DNA of 42,635 nucleotides from Actinomycetes bacterium (GCA_036560395.1 DATBRJ010000009.1:1-42635), one strand, 5' to 3'. Positions 21,949 to 34,093 are shown, counted from the stretch's first letter. Numbers and translations: made by a program. The notes: generated from the letters alone by a model not told the origin.

Positions 21949-22160
21949 GACGCTCCTTTCTGCTGTCACGCGTCGGCCGATCGAGTGCGGATCGGCCCCA
22001 CATCCTTGTTGGACCGCCAAGGCCGATGAGACTCATCGGTGCAAGCGCGGTTTGCGACCGAATCGTTGCGGGTGGCATACCCGGCGGCACGCGACCTACC
22101 ATTTAGTAGCAAGAGCACCGAAGGTTCCCCGGCTGTCCGGCGAATGGGCGTGATCCCATT

Positions 22161-22189
22161 TTGACCTAGCGGGGGCGGGCGGGTAGTCT
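22161..22189 (+). promoter_or_regulatory. Candidate housekeeping-sigma promoter of the rpsL-rpsG-fusA-tuf operon
   Basis: TTGACC (22161-22166), a 17-nt G-rich spacer, then TAGTCT (22184-22189, fits TAnnnT). This implies a ~355-nt 5' leader. Motif-based only. Confidence 0.4.
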
Positions 22190-22478
22190 TCTTCCTCGTG
22201 CCTGGGCAGGCCCGGGCATACGGGTGTGCGCCAGAGTCAGCTGATTGATCAGCGCGCACGACGCCACCTCAGCCGATCGAGTTTCAACCCTCCCGTTCAA
22301 CGAGGGTATGAAGCACGGCCGGATCGGGCGACACACCCGACCGCGTGGGCCGGACAAACTGGGACGAACCCGGTGTAAAGAAAGGCTCCTCTCGCGTCGA
22401 GCGGGCGGACCATATGGCAGGAATGTGGGCCGTTCGGGCACATCGGAGGAGCACCCGACCACTACGACAGCAACCGAC

Positions 22479-22537
22479 GAAGACCACCAACCGACGAAGA
22501 CCACCAACCGACGAAAACACGAAGACCACCAACCGAC
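22479..22537 (+). repeat. Three copies of a 17-nt unit in the rpsL leader
   Basis: gaagaccaccaaccgac at 22479-22495, 22496-22512 and 22521-22537, all perfect. They lie inside a 90-nt tract (22464-22553) with no T. Confidence 0.92.
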
Positions 22538-22552
22538 AAAAACGGAGACGCG

Positions 22553-22927
22553 GTGCCCACGATCCAGCAGCTGGTCCGCAAGGGTCGCAAGGACAAGGTC
22601 GCCAAGACCAAGACGCCCGCGCTGAAGGGCAGCCCCCAGCGCCGGGGCGTCTGCATGCGTGTCTATACAACGACTCCCAAGAAGCCCAACTCGGCGCTAC
22701 GGAAGGTCGCGCGGGTGCGGCTCAGTAGTCAGATCGAGGTCACGGCCTACATCCCGGGCATCGGCCACAACCTGCAGGAGCACTCGATTGTGCTCGTCCG
22801 TGGGGGACGGGTGAAAGATCTGCCTGGCGTTCGCTACAAGATCATTCGTGGCACGCTCGACACACAGGGCGTGAAGAACCGCAGGCAGGCGCGCAGTCGC
22901 TACGGCGCGAAGAGGGAGAAGAGCTAA
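22553..22927 (+). CDS. rpsL: 30S ribosomal protein S12
   Basis: GTG start after [62 protein letters not shown]. Confidence 0.98.
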   Translation: MPTIQQLVRKGRKDKVAKTKTPALKGSPQRRGVCMRVYTTTPKKPNSALRKVARVRLSSQIEVTAYIPGIGHNLQEHSIVLVRGGRVKDLPGVRYKIIRGTLDTQGVKNRRQARSRYGAKREKS

Positions 22928-23397
22928 TGCCACGCAAAGGCCCAGCTTCGCGCCGGCCGGTCCATGTCGACCCTGTCTACGGCTCGCCGCTGGTCACCCA
23001 ACTGGTGAACAAGGTGCTGCTGGCAGGCAAGCGGTCGGTAGCCGAGAGCATCGTCTACGGCGCGCTCGAGGGCTGCCGGGAGAAGACCGGCACCGACCCG
23101 GTGATCACGCTCAAGCGTGCTCTGGACAATGTGAGGCCGACTCTCGAGGTCCGAAGCCGCCGTGTCGGCGGCGCGACCTACCAAGTCCCGGTCGAGGTGA
23201 AAGCTCCGCGAGCGACCACGCTTGGGCTGCGCTGGCTGGTCAGCTACTCCAAGGCTCGCCGGGAGAAGACCATGACCGAGCGACTGATGAACGAGCTGCT
23301 CGACGCGAGCAACGGCCTCGGGGCGAGCGTGAAGCGCCGCGAGGACACCCACAAAATGGCCGAGTCCAACAAGGCATTCGCGCACTATCGGTGGTAG
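22927..23397 (+). CDS. rpsG: 30S ribosomal protein S7
   Basis: The ATG overlaps the rpsL TAA (TAATG). [47 protein letters not shown]. Confidence 0.98.
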   Translation: MPRKGPASRRPVHVDPVYGSPLVTQLVNKVLLAGKRSVAESIVYGALEGCREKTGTDPVITLKRALDNVRPTLEVRSRRVGGATYQVPVEVKAPRATTLGLRWLVSYSKARREKTMTERLMNELLDASNGLGASVKRREDTHKMAESNKAFAHYRW

Positions 23398-23459
23398 CCC
23401 CCCGGAGTCTTCGCTCGCTCGAAGATTCGCTGGAACCCCGCCGGAATAGCCAAGGCCAT

Positions 23460-23552
23460 AAGACCGACGACAGACCGCAACAAAGGCAAACCGCAACGAA
23501 GACGAAGACCACAACGAACGAAGAACAGCAACGAAGACGAACACCGCAGAGA
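23460..23552 (+). other. 93-nt T-free, A-rich tract in the rpsG-fusA spacer
   Basis: Hand count for 23460-23552: A 44, C 27, G 22, T 0. Only one T (23553) occurs in 23460-23576. The gcaacgaagacgaa and GAAGAC motifs recur. Confidence 0.9.
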
Positions 23553-23578
23553 TGAGAGAGAGCACAGGAAGAGCCGTC

Positions 23579-25678
<2,100 letters not shown>

Positions 25679-25740
25679 CCCGTACGGCCGAAGCACACCA
25701 GGACACGTCGTACGGCGTAACCCACTCAGAAGGAGTCACA

Positions 25741-26934
25741 GTGGCGAAGGCGAAGTTCGAGCGGACTAAGCCGCACGTCAACATCGGCACCATCGGTCAC
25801 ATCGACCACGGCAAGACGACGCTGACCGCGGCGATCACCAAGGTGCTGCATGACAAGTTTCCGGACGTGAACCCGTTCACGCCGTTCGATGAGATCGACA
25901 AGGCGCCGGAAGAGAAGCAGCGGGGCATCACGATCTCCATCGCGCACGTGGAATACCAGACCGAGGCGCGCCACTACGCGCACGTCGACTGTCCGGGTCA
26001 TGCCGACTACATCAAGAACATGATCACCGGTGCGGCCCAGATGGACGGCGCGATCCTCGTGGTCGCAGCGACCGACGGACCGATGCCGCAGACGCGCGAG
26101 CACGTACTGCTTGCCCGCCAGGTCGGCGTGCCCTACATCGTGGTCGCGCTGAACAAGGCGGACATGGTCGACGACGAGGAGATCCTCGAGCTCGTCGAGC
26201 TCGAGGTGCGCGAGCTGCTCTCCAACAACGAGTTCCCCGGCGACGACGTCCCGGTCGTCCGCGTGTCGGCGCTCAAGGCGCTCGAGGGCGACGCCGAGTG
26301 GTCCGAGAAGATCGTGGAGCTCATGGAGGCGGTTGACACCGCGATCCCCGAGCCGGTCCGCGACATCGATAAGCCGTTCCTCATGCCGATCGAGGACGTG
26401 TTCACGATCACCGGTCGCGGCACGGTCGTCACCGGTCGCGCCGAGCGCGGCGTCCTCAAGGTCAACGAGGAAGTCGAGATCGTCGGCATCCATCCGTCGA
26501 TCACCAAGACGGTTGTCACCGGCGTCGAGATGTTCCGCAAGCTCCTCGATGAGGCGCGGGCGGGCGAGAACGTCGGCCTGCTCCTGCGCGGCATCAAGCG
26601 CGAGGAGGTCGAGCGCGGCCAGGTGATCTGCAAGCCCGGCAGCGTGACGCCGCACACCGAGTTCGAGGCGCAGGTCTACATCCTGTCCAAGGACGAGGGC
26701 GGCCGGCACACGCCGTTCTTCAACAACTACCGTCCGCAGTTCTACTTCCGTACCACCGACGTGACCGGCGTCGTGCATCTCCCCGAGGGCACGGAGATGG
26801 TCATGCCCGGTGACAACACGGAGATGCGGGTCGAGCTGATCCAGCCGATCGCCATGGACGAGGGCCTTCGCTTCGCGATCCGCGAAGGTGGTCGTACCGT
26901 CGGCGCCGGCCGAGTCACCAAGATCCTCAAATAG
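25741..26934 (+). CDS. tuf: Elongation factor Tu
   Basis: GTG after [52 protein letters not shown]. Confidence 0.98.
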   Translation: MAKAKFERTKPHVNIGTIGHIDHGKTTLTAAITKVLHDKFPDVNPFTPFDEIDKAPEEKQRGITISIAHVEYQTEARHYAHVDCPGHADYIKNMITGAAQMDGAILVVAATDGPMPQTREHVLLARQVGVPYIVVALNKADMVDDEEILELVELEVRELLSNNEFPGDDVPVVRVSALKALEGDAEWSEKIVELMEAVDTAIPEPVRDIDKPFLMPIEDVFTITGRGTVVTGRAERGVLKVNEEVEIVGIHPSITKTVVTGVEMFRKLLDEARAGENVGLLLRGIKREEVERGQVICKPGSVTPHTEFEAQVYILSKDEGGRHTPFFNNYRPQFYFRTTDVTGVVHLPEGTEMVMPGDNTEMRVELIQPIAMDEGLRFAIREGGRTVGAGRVTKILK

Positions 26935-26946
26935 GACCCCAAGGAT

Positions 26947-26984
26947 GCGGGGGCCGAAGGCCTGGAAGGGACTCCGGCCCCCGC
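26947..26984 (+). terminator. Strong hairpin after tuf (terminator or attenuator before the S10 operon)
   Basis: 10-bp G+C stem GCGGGGGCCG (26947-26956) / CGGCCCCCGC (26975-26984) with an 18-nt loop, 13 nt after the tuf stop. There is no U-tract. Confidence 0.5.
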
Positions 26985-27064
26985 GTCACGAACACGACAG
27001 CGGCGGCACAAGCCAGCCAACCCAGGGCGACCTGGACCGATAGGTAAAGGAAAAGCTGAGCACC

Positions 27065-27373
27065 ATGGCGGGACAAAAGATCCGCATCCGGCTCAAGGCC
27101 TACGACCACGAGGTCATCGACAGCTCGGCGCGCAAGATCGTCGACACGGTGATCCGGACGGGCGCGCAGGTCGCAGGCCCGGTGCCGCTGCCCACTGAGA
27201 AGAACGTGTATTGCGTCATCCGCTCGCCGCACAAGTACAAGGACTCGCGCGAGCATTTCGAGATGCGCACGCACAAGCGACTCATCGACATCCTCGACCC
27301 CACGCCGAAGACGGTCGATTCGCTCATGCGACTCGAGCTCCCGGCGGGCGTCGACATCGAGATCAAGCTCTGA
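27065..27373 (+). CDS. rpsJ: 30S ribosomal protein S10
   Basis: [29 protein letters not shown]...[31 protein letters not shown]. Confidence 0.98.
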   Translation: MAGQKIRIRLKAYDHEVIDSSARKIVDTVIRTGAQVAGPVPLPTEKNVYCVIRSPHKYKDSREHFEMRTHKRLIDILDPTPKTVDSLMRLELPAGVDIEIKL

Positions 27374-27386
27374 GGACGCACCGATC

Positions 27387-28037
27387 ATGGCCAAGGAAAT
27401 AAAGGGCGTCCTGGGCGAGAAGCTCGGCATGACGCAGGTCTTCGACGAGAGCAACCGGATCGTGCCGGTCACTGTCGTCAAGGCAGGCCCATGTGTCGTC
27501 ACTCAGGTACGCACGCCGGACACCGACGGCTACAGCGCCGTCCAACTCGCGTACGGGCAGGTCGACCCCCGCAAGGTGAACAAACCGTCGACGGGCCACT
27601 TCACCAAGGCGGGCGTGACGCCGCGCCGCTACGTCGTCGAGCTTCGTACGGACGACGCGAGCGAGTACACACTCGGCCAGGAGCTGGGTCCGGACGTGTT
27701 CGAAGAGGGCCAGCTCGTGGATGTGGTGGGGACGAGCAAAGGCAAGGGTTTCGCCGGCGTGATGAAGCGGCACGGCTTCGCTGGCCTGCGTGCCTCGCAC
27801 GGTGTCGAGCGCAAACACCGTTCACCCGGCTCGATCGGCGGCTGTGCGACGCCTGGGCGGGTGTTCAAGGGCATGCGGATGGCCGGCCGGATGGGTGGGG
27901 TCAAGACAACCACGCAGAACCTAACCGTGCATTCCGTCGACGGCGAGCAGGGTCTGCTGCTTCTCAAGGGTGCGATTCCAGGCCCGACCGGCGGTCTCGT
28001 CCTGGTCCGTACGGCCTCCAAGGGAGGTGCCCAATGA
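27387..28037 (+). CDS. rplC: 50S ribosomal protein L3
   Basis: [43 protein letters not shown]...[13 protein letters not shown]. Confidence 0.98.
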   Translation: MAKEIKGVLGEKLGMTQVFDESNRIVPVTVVKAGPCVVTQVRTPDTDGYSAVQLAYGQVDPRKVNKPSTGHFTKAGVTPRRYVVELRTDDASEYTLGQELGPDVFEEGQLVDVVGTSKGKGFAGVMKRHGFAGLRASHGVERKHRSPGSIGGCATPGRVFKGMRMAGRMGGVKTTTQNLTVHSVDGEQGLLLLKGAIPGPTGGLVLVRTASKGGAQ

Positions 28038-28894
28038 CCAGCGTTGACGTCGTGGACGCAACGGGCGCGAGGTCGAGCACGGTAGAGCTCCCTGCGGAGA
28101 TCTTCGACGTGACGGTCAACGTACCCCTCATCCACCAGGTCGTCGTCGCCCAGCTCGCTGCGGCCCGCCAGGGGACCCACAGCACCAAGACACGCGGCGA
28201 GGTCGCTGGTGGCGGCCGTAAGCCGTACCGGCAGAAGGGGACCGGCAGAGCCCGCCAGGGATCGATCCGGGCACCACAGTTCGCCGGCGGCGGCGTGGCA
28301 CACGGCCCGGCGCCACGCACCTACGAGCAGCGGACACCGAAGCGGATGAAGGCCGCCGCACTGCGCGGCGCTCTCTCAGATCGGGCCCGCAACGGCCGGG
28401 TTCACGTCGTTTCCGGGTTCGTCGACGGTGACACGCCCTCCACCAGGGCAGCCGTCGAAACGCTTGCCAATGTGGTGGACGACCGCCGCAACGTGCTCGT
28501 CGTTCTTGACCGCAACGACATGGCGGCGTGGAAGAGCTTGCGCAACGTTTCCGATGTGCACCTGCTCGTTCCGGACCAGCTGAATACCTACGACGTGCTG
28601 GTTAGCGATCACGTCGTCTTCACCACGGCTGCGCTCGACCGTTTCCTGGGCGGCATCACCCTCGTCCCGGTGGAGGAGCCGCCTGCACCGGCCCGGCCGG
28701 CGAGCACGACCCGCAAGACGAGCAGCACCAAGACGAGCAGCACCAAGACGAGCAGTCCAAAGACGAGCAGTCCCAAGACGAGCAGTCCCAAGACGAGCAG
28801 TCCCAAGACGAGCGGCAGCAAGACGAGCGGCAGCAAGACGAGCAGCAGCAAGACGAGCAGCAGCAAGTCTGCGGCAGCGGAGGAGAAGGCATGA
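28034..28894 (+). CDS. rplD: 50S ribosomal protein L4 with a ~70-aa basic KTSSx-repeat C-terminal tail
   Basis: ATG 28034 overlaps the rplC stop (ATGA), after [32 protein letters not shown]...[31 protein letters not shown]. The track merges it with an out-of-frame upstream stretch (27491..28894). Confidence 0.96.
   Translation: MTSVDVVDATGARSSTVELPAEIFDVTVNVPLIHQVVVAQLAAARQGTHSTKTRGEVAGGGRKPYRQKGTGRARQGSIRAPQFAGGGVAHGPAPRTYEQRTPKRMKAAALRGALSDRARNGRVHVVSGFVDGDTPSTRAAVETLANVVDDRRNVLVVLDRNDMAAWKSLRNVSDVHLLVPDQLNTYDVLVSDHVVFTTAALDRFLGGITLVPVEEPPAPARPASTTRKTSSTKTSSTKTSSPKTSSPKTSSPKTSSPKTSGSKTSGSKTSSSKTSSSKSAAAEEKA
28715..28864 (+). repeat. Ten in-frame tandem 15-nt units inside rplD
   Basis: The unit is aagacgagc followed by agcacc (x2), agtcca/agtccc (x4), ggcagc (x2) or agcagc (x2). 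These encode KTSST x2, KTSSP x4, KTSGS x2, KTSSS x2. Confidence 0.92.
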
Positions 28895-29196
28895 ACGCTC
28901 TGGCCAAAGACCCCCGTGATGTGCTGCTGCGGCCGATCGTGTCGGAGAAGAGCTACGCACTGCTCGATGAGAACAAGTACACGTTCCTCGTCGATCCCAA
29001 CGCCAACAAAACCGAGATCAAGATTGCTGTCGAGAAGCTGTTCAACGTCAAGGTGACGACCGTCAACACGGTCAACCGTAAGGGCAAGCGGCGCCGTACC
29101 CGGTTCGGACTCGGTACCCGTGCCAACACCAAGCGGGCGGTCGTGACCGTATCCCCAGGCGACCGTATCGACATATTCGGAGGTCCGGTCTCATGA
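28891..29196 (+). CDS. rplW: 50S ribosomal protein L23
   Basis: The ATG overlaps the rplD stop (ATGA). [44 protein letters not shown]. Confidence 0.97.
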   Translation: MNALAKDPRDVLLRPIVSEKSYALLDENKYTFLVDPNANKTEIKIAVEKLFNVKVTTVNTVNRKGKRRRTRFGLGTRANTKRAVVTVSPGDRIDIFGGPVS

Positions 29197-29228
29197 CCGG
29201 GCGACCGAAGAGCTGAGGAACCAGGCAG

Positions 29229-30065
29229 ATGGGCATCCGTAAGTACAAGCCGACGACTCCGAGCCGCCGGGGTGCGAGCGTCTCCGACTTCGTGGAGATC
29301 ACGCGCACCGAGCCGGAGAAGTCGCTCGTGCGCCCCTTGCACGGCAAGGGCGGTCGCAACAACCACGGCCAGGTGACGACCAGGCACCAGGGCGGCGGTC
29401 ACAAGCGGGCGTACCGGCTGATCGACTTCCGGCGGGCGGACAAGGACGGCGTACCGGCGAAGGTCGCACACATTGAGTACGACCCCAACCGCACTGCCCG
29501 GATCGCCCTCCTGCACTACGTCGACGGTGAGAAGCGCTACATCCTTGCGCCGACCAGTCTTCGGCAGGGCGACCGGATCGAGAACGGGCCGCGGGCTGAC
29601 ATCAAGCCTGGTAACAACCTCCCGCTACGGAACATCCCGGTCGGCACGGTTGTGCATGCGATCGAGCTGCGCCCTGGCGGCGGGGCGAAGATCGCCCGGT
29701 CGGCCGGCTCGAGCGTCCAGCTGGTCGCCAAGGAGGGTCCGTACGCTCAGCTGCGGATGCCTTCCGGCGAGATCCGCAACGTGGATGTGCGCTGCCGCGC
29801 GACCGTCGGTGAGGTCGGCAACGCCGAGCAGTCCAACATCAGCTGGGGCAAGGCCGGCCGGCTGCGTTGGAAGGGCAAGCGTCCGTCCGTGCGCGGTGTC
29901 GCCATGAACCCTGTCGACCACCCGCTCGGTGGTGGTGAAGGCAAGTCGTCCGGCGGCCGGCACCCAGTCAGCCCGTGGGGCAAGCCGGAAGGTCGCACCC
30001 GCCAGGCCAAGAAGGCGAGCGACAAGTTCATCGTCCGTCGTCGCAAGACCGGCAAGAAGCGCTAG
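29229..30065 (+). CDS. rplB: 50S ribosomal protein L2
   Basis: [21 protein letters not shown]...[15 protein letters not shown]...[13 protein letters not shown]. Confidence 0.98.
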   Translation: MGIRKYKPTTPSRRGASVSDFVEITRTEPEKSLVRPLHGKGGRNNHGQVTTRHQGGGHKRAYRLIDFRRADKDGVPAKVAHIEYDPNRTARIALLHYVDGEKRYILAPTSLRQGDRIENGPRADIKPGNNLPLRNIPVGTVVHAIELRPGGGAKIARSAGSSVQLVAKEGPYAQLRMPSGEIRNVDVRCRATVGEVGNAEQSNISWGKAGRLRWKGKRPSVRGVAMNPVDHPLGGGEGKSSGGRHPVSPWGKPEGRTRQAKKASDKFIVRRRKTGKKR

Positions 30066-30077
30066 GAGTAGGTCGGC

Positions 30078-30359
30078 ATGCCGCGCAGCCTGAAGAAGGG
30101 ACCCTTCGTGGACGACCACCTGATGAAGAAGGTGGTCACCCAAAACGAGAGGGGCACGAAGAATGTGATCAGGACCTGGTCCCGCCGGTCCATGATCGTG
30201 CCGGCCATGCTCGGCCACACGATCGCCGTGCATGACGGGCGCAAGCACGTGCCGGTGTTCGTTACCGAGGCGATGGTCGGCCACAAGCTGGGCGAGTTCG
30301 CGCCGACGCGAACCTTCCGCGGACACGTCAAGGACGACCGCAGGGCCCGCCGTCGTTGA
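30078..30359 (+). CDS. rpsS: 30S ribosomal protein S19
   Basis: [19 protein letters not shown]...[29 protein letters not shown]. Confidence 0.98.
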   Translation: MPRSLKKGPFVDDHLMKKVVTQNERGTKNVIRTWSRRSMIVPAMLGHTIAVHDGRKHVPVFVTEAMVGHKLGEFAPTRTFRGHVKDDRRARRR

Positions 30360-30383
30360 GCAACCACGACAACGGACACGACA

Positions 30384-30460
30384 ACTGAACTGAACCGAAG
30401 AACTGACTGAACCAAAGACTCAACCGAACACCCAAACCGAGACACAGACCGAAGACACGA
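30384..30460 (+). repeat. Degenerate ~16-nt repeats in the T-poor rpsS-rplV spacer
   Basis: aactgaactgaaccgaagaactgactgaaccaaagactcaaccgaacacc... with recurring ctgaacc(g/a)aaga and caaccga cores. I count 5 T in 30361-30460. Confidence 0.7.
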
Positions 30461-30521
30461 ATCACTGATTTGTATCCCTGCGGGTTGCGAACCGAGGAAC
30501 TCGCGGGATGAAGGGGTAGCG

Positions 30522-30899
30522 ATGGAAGCCAGGGCTCAGGCGCGGTACGCCCGCGTCACGCCCATGAAGGCCCGCCGGGTGGTGGACCTCATTCGCGGCC
30601 TGCCAGCTGCAGAGGCGCAGGCCGTGCTCAGGTTCGCGTCACAGGCCGCGAGCGAGCCGGTGAGCAAGGTGCTCGCGAGCGCCATCGCCAACGCCGAGCA
30701 CAACTCGCAGCTCGACTCGGAAAGCCTGTGGGTCAGCGAGGCGTACGTCGACGAGGGCCCGACGATCAAGCGATTCCGCCCACGCGCCCAAGGCCGGGCA
30801 TACCGGATCCGTAAGCGCACCAGCCACATCACGGTGGTCGTGCGGTCATTCGAGACCGACACCACCGGTGCCACGACGAGGGATAGGAGGACCCGCTAG
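30522..30899 (+). CDS. rplV: 50S ribosomal protein L22
   Basis: [38 protein letters not shown]...[29 protein letters not shown]. Confidence 0.97.
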   Translation: MEARAQARYARVTPMKARRVVDLIRGLPAAEAQAVLRFASQAASEPVSKVLASAIANAEHNSQLDSESLWVSEAYVDEGPTIKRFRPRAQGRAYRIRKRTSHITVVVRSFETDTTGATTRDRRTR

Positions 30900-31732
30900 T
30901 GGGGCAGAAGGTCAACCCGCACGGGTTCCGCCTGGGCATCACCACCGAGTACAAGAGCCGGTGGTACGCCGACAAGCTGTACAAGGACTACGTCAAGGAA
31001 GACGTGGTCATCCGCCGTACTCTGATGCGCCGCCTGGATAGGGCCGGCGTGTCGAGCATCGAGATCGAGCGCACGCGTGACCGGGTCGAGGTGTACGTCC
31101 ACACGGCACGTCCCGGCATGGTCATCGGTCGTGGCGGCAAAGAAATCGACCGTCTCACCGACGAGCTTCGTCAGGTGACCGGCAAGCAGGTGCGGATCAA
31201 CACCCGCGAGGTCTACAACCCGGAGACCGACGCGCAGCTCGTCGCCCAAGGTGTGGCGGAGCAGCTGTCGGCCCGTGTCTCCTTCCGTCGGGCCATGCGC
31301 AAAGCGCTGCAGACGGCGATGAAGGCGGGCGCGCAAGGCATCAGGATCCAGTGCTCCGGGCGCCTTGGCGGCGCCGAGATGAGCCGGTCGGAGTTCTACC
31401 GCGAGGGCCGCGTGCCGCTGCACACACTTCGAGCGGACATCGACTATGGCTTCTACGAGGCCCGGACCACCTTCGGCCGGATCGGCGTGAAGGTGTGGAT
31501 CTACAAGGGTGAGGTCACCGGCACGCGCGCTGAGCGGGAGGCCGCGCAGGCCGCCGCACGCGCCGGCCAGCGCAGCCGCCCGGCACGTGGTGCTCGCCGG
31601 GGCGCCGGTGGGCCAGGACGCGGCGAGCGTGGCGAGCGCGGCGAGCGTCCGGGCACCCGCCAGGCTGCCGAGGCGACTGCTCAGGACACCACTGCGGCAG
31701 CCGCGGCACCCGAGTCAGGAACGGAGGGCTGA
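30899..31732 (+). CDS. rpsC: 30S ribosomal protein S3 (with an R/G/E-rich C-terminal extension)
   Basis: The GTG overlaps the rpl[30 protein letters not shown], a KH domain, and the tail ...[11 protein letters not shown].... Confidence 0.97.
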   Translation: MGQKVNPHGFRLGITTEYKSRWYADKLYKDYVKEDVVIRRTLMRRLDRAGVSSIEIERTRDRVEVYVHTARPGMVIGRGGKEIDRLTDELRQVTGKQVRINTREVYNPETDAQLVAQGVAEQLSARVSFRRAMRKALQTAMKAGAQGIRIQCSGRLGGAEMSRSEFYREGRVPLHTLRADIDYGFYEARTTFGRIGVKVWIYKGEVTGTRAEREAAQAAARAGQRSRPARGARRGAGGPGRGERGERGERPGTRQAAEATAQDTTAAAAAPESGTEG

Positions 31733-31734
31733 CG

Positions 31735-32148
31735 ATGCTGATTCCTCGCAGGGTCAAGCACCGCAAGCAGCACCACCCGGACCGTTCTGGCGCGGCGAAG
31801 GGCGGTACGAAGATCGCTTTTGGTGACTATGGCATCCAGGCGCTCGAGCCCGCCTATGTCACTAACCGGCAGATCGAGTCGGCCCGAATCGCGATCAACC
31901 GGCACATCCGCCGTGGCGGCAAGGTCTGGATCAACATCTATCCGGACCGGCCGCTGACGAAGAAGCCGGCGGAGACCCGGATGGGCTCGGGCAAGGGCTC
32001 TCCCGAGTGGTGGGTAGCCAACGTCAAGCCCGGACGGATCATGTTCGAGCTCTCGTTCCCGAACGAAAAGATCGCTCGCGAGGCGCTGACCAGGGCGACC
32101 CACAAGCTCCCGATGAAGTGCCGGATCGTCAAGCGTGAGGAGGCGTGA
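31735..32148 (+). CDS. rplP: 50S ribosomal protein L16
   Basis: [38 protein letters not shown]...[24 protein letters not shown]. Confidence 0.98.
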   Translation: MLIPRRVKHRKQHHPDRSGAAKGGTKIAFGDYGIQALEPAYVTNRQIESARIAINRHIRRGGKVWINIYPDRPLTKKPAETRMGSGKGSPEWWVANVKPGRIMFELSFPNEKIAREALTRATHKLPMKCRIVKREEA

Positions 32149-32381
32149 TGGCTGTCGGAACTAGACCTAACGAGCTTCGGCTGTTGCCCGAGGACGAGCT
32201 GCTCGCGAGGTTGCAGGAGGCGAAGGCGGAGCTGTTCAACCTGCGCTTCCAGGCGGCGACCGGCCAGCTCGAGAGCCACGGCCGGCTACGTGCAGTCCGC
32301 AGGGATATCGCGCGCATCTACACGATCATGCGCGAGCGCGAGCTCGGCATCACGCCGGTGGAGATGGAGGACGTGGGGTGA
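32148..32381 (+). CDS. rpmC: 50S ribosomal protein L29
   Basis: The track starts at GTG 32145. ATG 32148 overlaps the rplP TGA (TGATG) and sits 4 nt after [49 protein letters not shown]. Confidence 0.95.
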   Translation: MAVGTRPNELRLLPEDELLARLQEAKAELFNLRFQAATGQLESHGRLRAVRRDIARIYTIMRERELGITPVEMEDVG

Positions 32382-32445
32382 GCGAGCGAGCGAATGAGCA
32401 GAGCACGTTCGTCACGCGACCGACGAGCCGGAGCGAGGAGGAAGC

Positions 32446-32721
32446 GTGACGGAGACGAATACCACTGCCAGGCGCGGCTTTCGCAAGGTCCGCGAAGGCC
32501 TCGTGGTGAGCGACAAGATGGACAAGACCGTGGTCGTGGCTGTCGAGGATCGGGTCAAACACCCGCTCTACGGCAAGGTCATGCGGCGGACAAGCAAGCT
32601 CAAGGCGCACGACGAGCAGAACCAGTGCGGAGTCGGTGACCGGGTCCTCCTCATGGAGTCCCGTCCGTTGTCGGCCACGAAGCGCTGGCGTGTCGTGGAG
32701 ATTCTCGAGCGCGCCAAGTAG
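32446..32721 (+). CDS. rpsQ: 30S ribosomal protein S17
   Basis: GTG after [55 protein letters not shown]...RWRVVEIL. Confidence 0.96.
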   Translation: MTETNTTARRGFRKVREGLVVSDKMDKTVVVAVEDRVKHPLYGKVMRRTSKLKAHDEQNQCGVGDRVLLMESRPLSATKRWRVVEILERAK

Positions 32722-32791
32722 GAGACAGGTTCGGCCAGGCTCGGCGGCCGGTCAGATCGCCGAGAACCAGCTCGACACACAGGAGAGTTCA

Positions 32792-33160
32792 GTGATCCAG
32801 CAGGAGTCGCGACTGCGCGTCGCCGACAACACGGGTGCCAAGGAGCTGTTGTGCATCCGTGTGCTCGGCGGCTCCGGGCGGCGCTACGCGGGCATCGGTG
32901 ACGTCATCGTCGCAACCGTCAAGGACGCCATTCCTGGCGGAAGCGTGAAGAAGGGTGAGGTCGTCAAGGCAGTCATCGTGCGGACCAAGAAGGAGCGCCG
33001 CCGCGTCGACGGCTCCTATATCCGCTTCGATGAGAATGCGGCCGTCCTCATCAGGGACGGCGGTGACCCGCGAGGGACCCGCATTTTCGGCCCGGTCGGC
33101 CGCGAGCTGCGGGAGAAGCGGTTTATGCGCATCATCTCGCTGGCACCGGAGGTGCTGTGA
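32792..33160 (+). CDS. rplN: 50S ribosomal protein L14
   Basis: Track ORF 32636..33160. GTG 32792 follows AGGAGAG and gives [28 protein letters not shown], the canonical N-terminus (122 aa). Confidence 0.97.
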   Translation: MIQQESRLRVADNTGAKELLCIRVLGGSGRRYAGIGDVIVATVKDAIPGGSVKKGEVVKAVIVRTKKERRRVDGSYIRFDENAAVLIRDGGDPRGTRIFGPVGRELREKRFMRIISLAPEVL

Positions 33161-33161
33161 C

Positions 33162-33503
33162 ATGAAGATCAAAAAGGGTGACACGGTGATCGTCATCGCC
33201 GGTCGGGACAAAGGCGTCGAAGGCAAGGTCATCTCCGTCGACACGGCCAGACAGCGCGTGCACGTCGAGGGCGTAAACATGGTCAAGCGGCACACCAAGG
33301 TCAACCAGACCCCTCGTGGCGCGAAGACCGGAGGGATCATGACCCAGGAGTCGTCGATCCACGTCAGCAACGTGATGATCATTGACGAGGAGACCAAGAA
33401 GCCCAGCCGGGTCGGCTACCGCAAAGAAGCCCACACCGGCGCAGACGGCAATGAGAAGGTACGCAAGGTCCGCTTGTCGAAGCGAAGCGGTAAGGACATC
33501 TGA
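33162..33503 (+). CDS. rplX: 50S ribosomal protein L24
   Basis: Track ORF 32955..33503. ATG 33162 lies 1 nt after the rplN stop. [26 protein letters not shown] (KOW motif). Confidence 0.96.
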   Translation: MKIKKGDTVIVIAGRDKGVEGKVISVDTARQRVHVEGVNMVKRHTKVNQTPRGAKTGGIMTQESSIHVSNVMIIDEETKKPSRVGYRKEAHTGADGNEKVRKVRLSKRSGKDI

Positions 33504-34093
33504 TGACTGCGACTACGACAGAGCGCTCCCAAGGGAGCGGTCAGCGGAGCAGGCCACGCCTGAAGCAGCGCTACCTGGACGAGATCGTCCCGCAGCTTCG
33601 CTCAGACTTCGGCTACGCCAATGTCATGCAGGTGCCGAAGGTCACCAAGATCGTCGTGAACATGGGCGTGGGTGAGGCGGCCCGCGACTCGAAGCTGATC
33701 GAGGGTGCGATCCGCGATCTCGCCGCAATCACCGGACAGAAGCCGGCGGTGACCAAGGCGCGCAAATCGATCGCGCAATTCAAGCTGCGTGAGGGCATGC
33801 CGATCGGCGCCCACACGACCCTGCGTGGCGACCGGATGTGGGAGTTCCTCGACCGCATGCTGGCCATTGCGCTGCCCCGTATCCGTGACTTCCGCGGGCT
33901 TTCGCCGAGGCAGTTCGACGGAAAGGGCAACTACACCTTCGGTCTGAACGAGCAGAGCATGTTTCACGAGATCGACCCTGACCGCATAGACCGGGTCCGC
34001 GGCATGGACGTGACGCTCGTGACGACCGCCAACACCGACGACGAGGGCCACGCACTCCTGCGTCACCTCGGCTTCCCTTTCAAGGAGAACTGA
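33503..34093 (+). CDS. rplE: 50S ribosomal protein L5
   Basis: The ATG overlaps the rpl[45 protein letters not shown]. Confidence 0.97.
   Translation: MTATTTERSQGSGQRSRPRLKQRYLDEIVPQLRSDFGYANVMQVPKVTKIVVNMGVGEAARDSKLIEGAIRDLAAITGQKPAVTKARKSIAQFKLREGMPIGAHTTLRGDRMWEFLDRMLAIALPRIRDFRGLSPRQFDGKGNYTFGLNEQSMFHEIDPDRIDRVRGMDVTLVTTANTDDEGHALLRHLGFPFKEN

Noticed and set aside
21949-22160. SOS (LexA) box upstream of the VOC/AlkZ-like operon
   Set aside because: I searched by eye for TCGAAC-N4-GTTCGA-like sequence and found none. I make no claim of SOS regulation.
22245-22728. ORFs 22245..22625 and 22345..22728 spanning the rpsL leader
   Set aside because: They stay open only because the 90-nt T-free repeat tract cannot encode stop codons. 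They run into rpsL out of frame, and their translations are repeat-derived low complexity (PTKTTNRRK...).
27491-28033. Upstream 181 codons of the 467-aa track ORF that runs into rplD
   Set aside because: This part is an alternative frame of rplC and its translation is R/G/P-rich junk. The real L4 N-terminus ([11 protein letters not shown]...) starts at ATG 28034, overlapping the rplC stop and preceded by GGGAGG.
30396-30407. Shared word GAAGAACTGA(A)C between the rpsS-rplV spacer and the rpsN-rpsH spacer (34316-34327)
   Set aside because: A 10-11-nt match between ~5 kb of pooled intergenic sequence is expected by chance at roughly this frequency. It is not evidence of a shared element.
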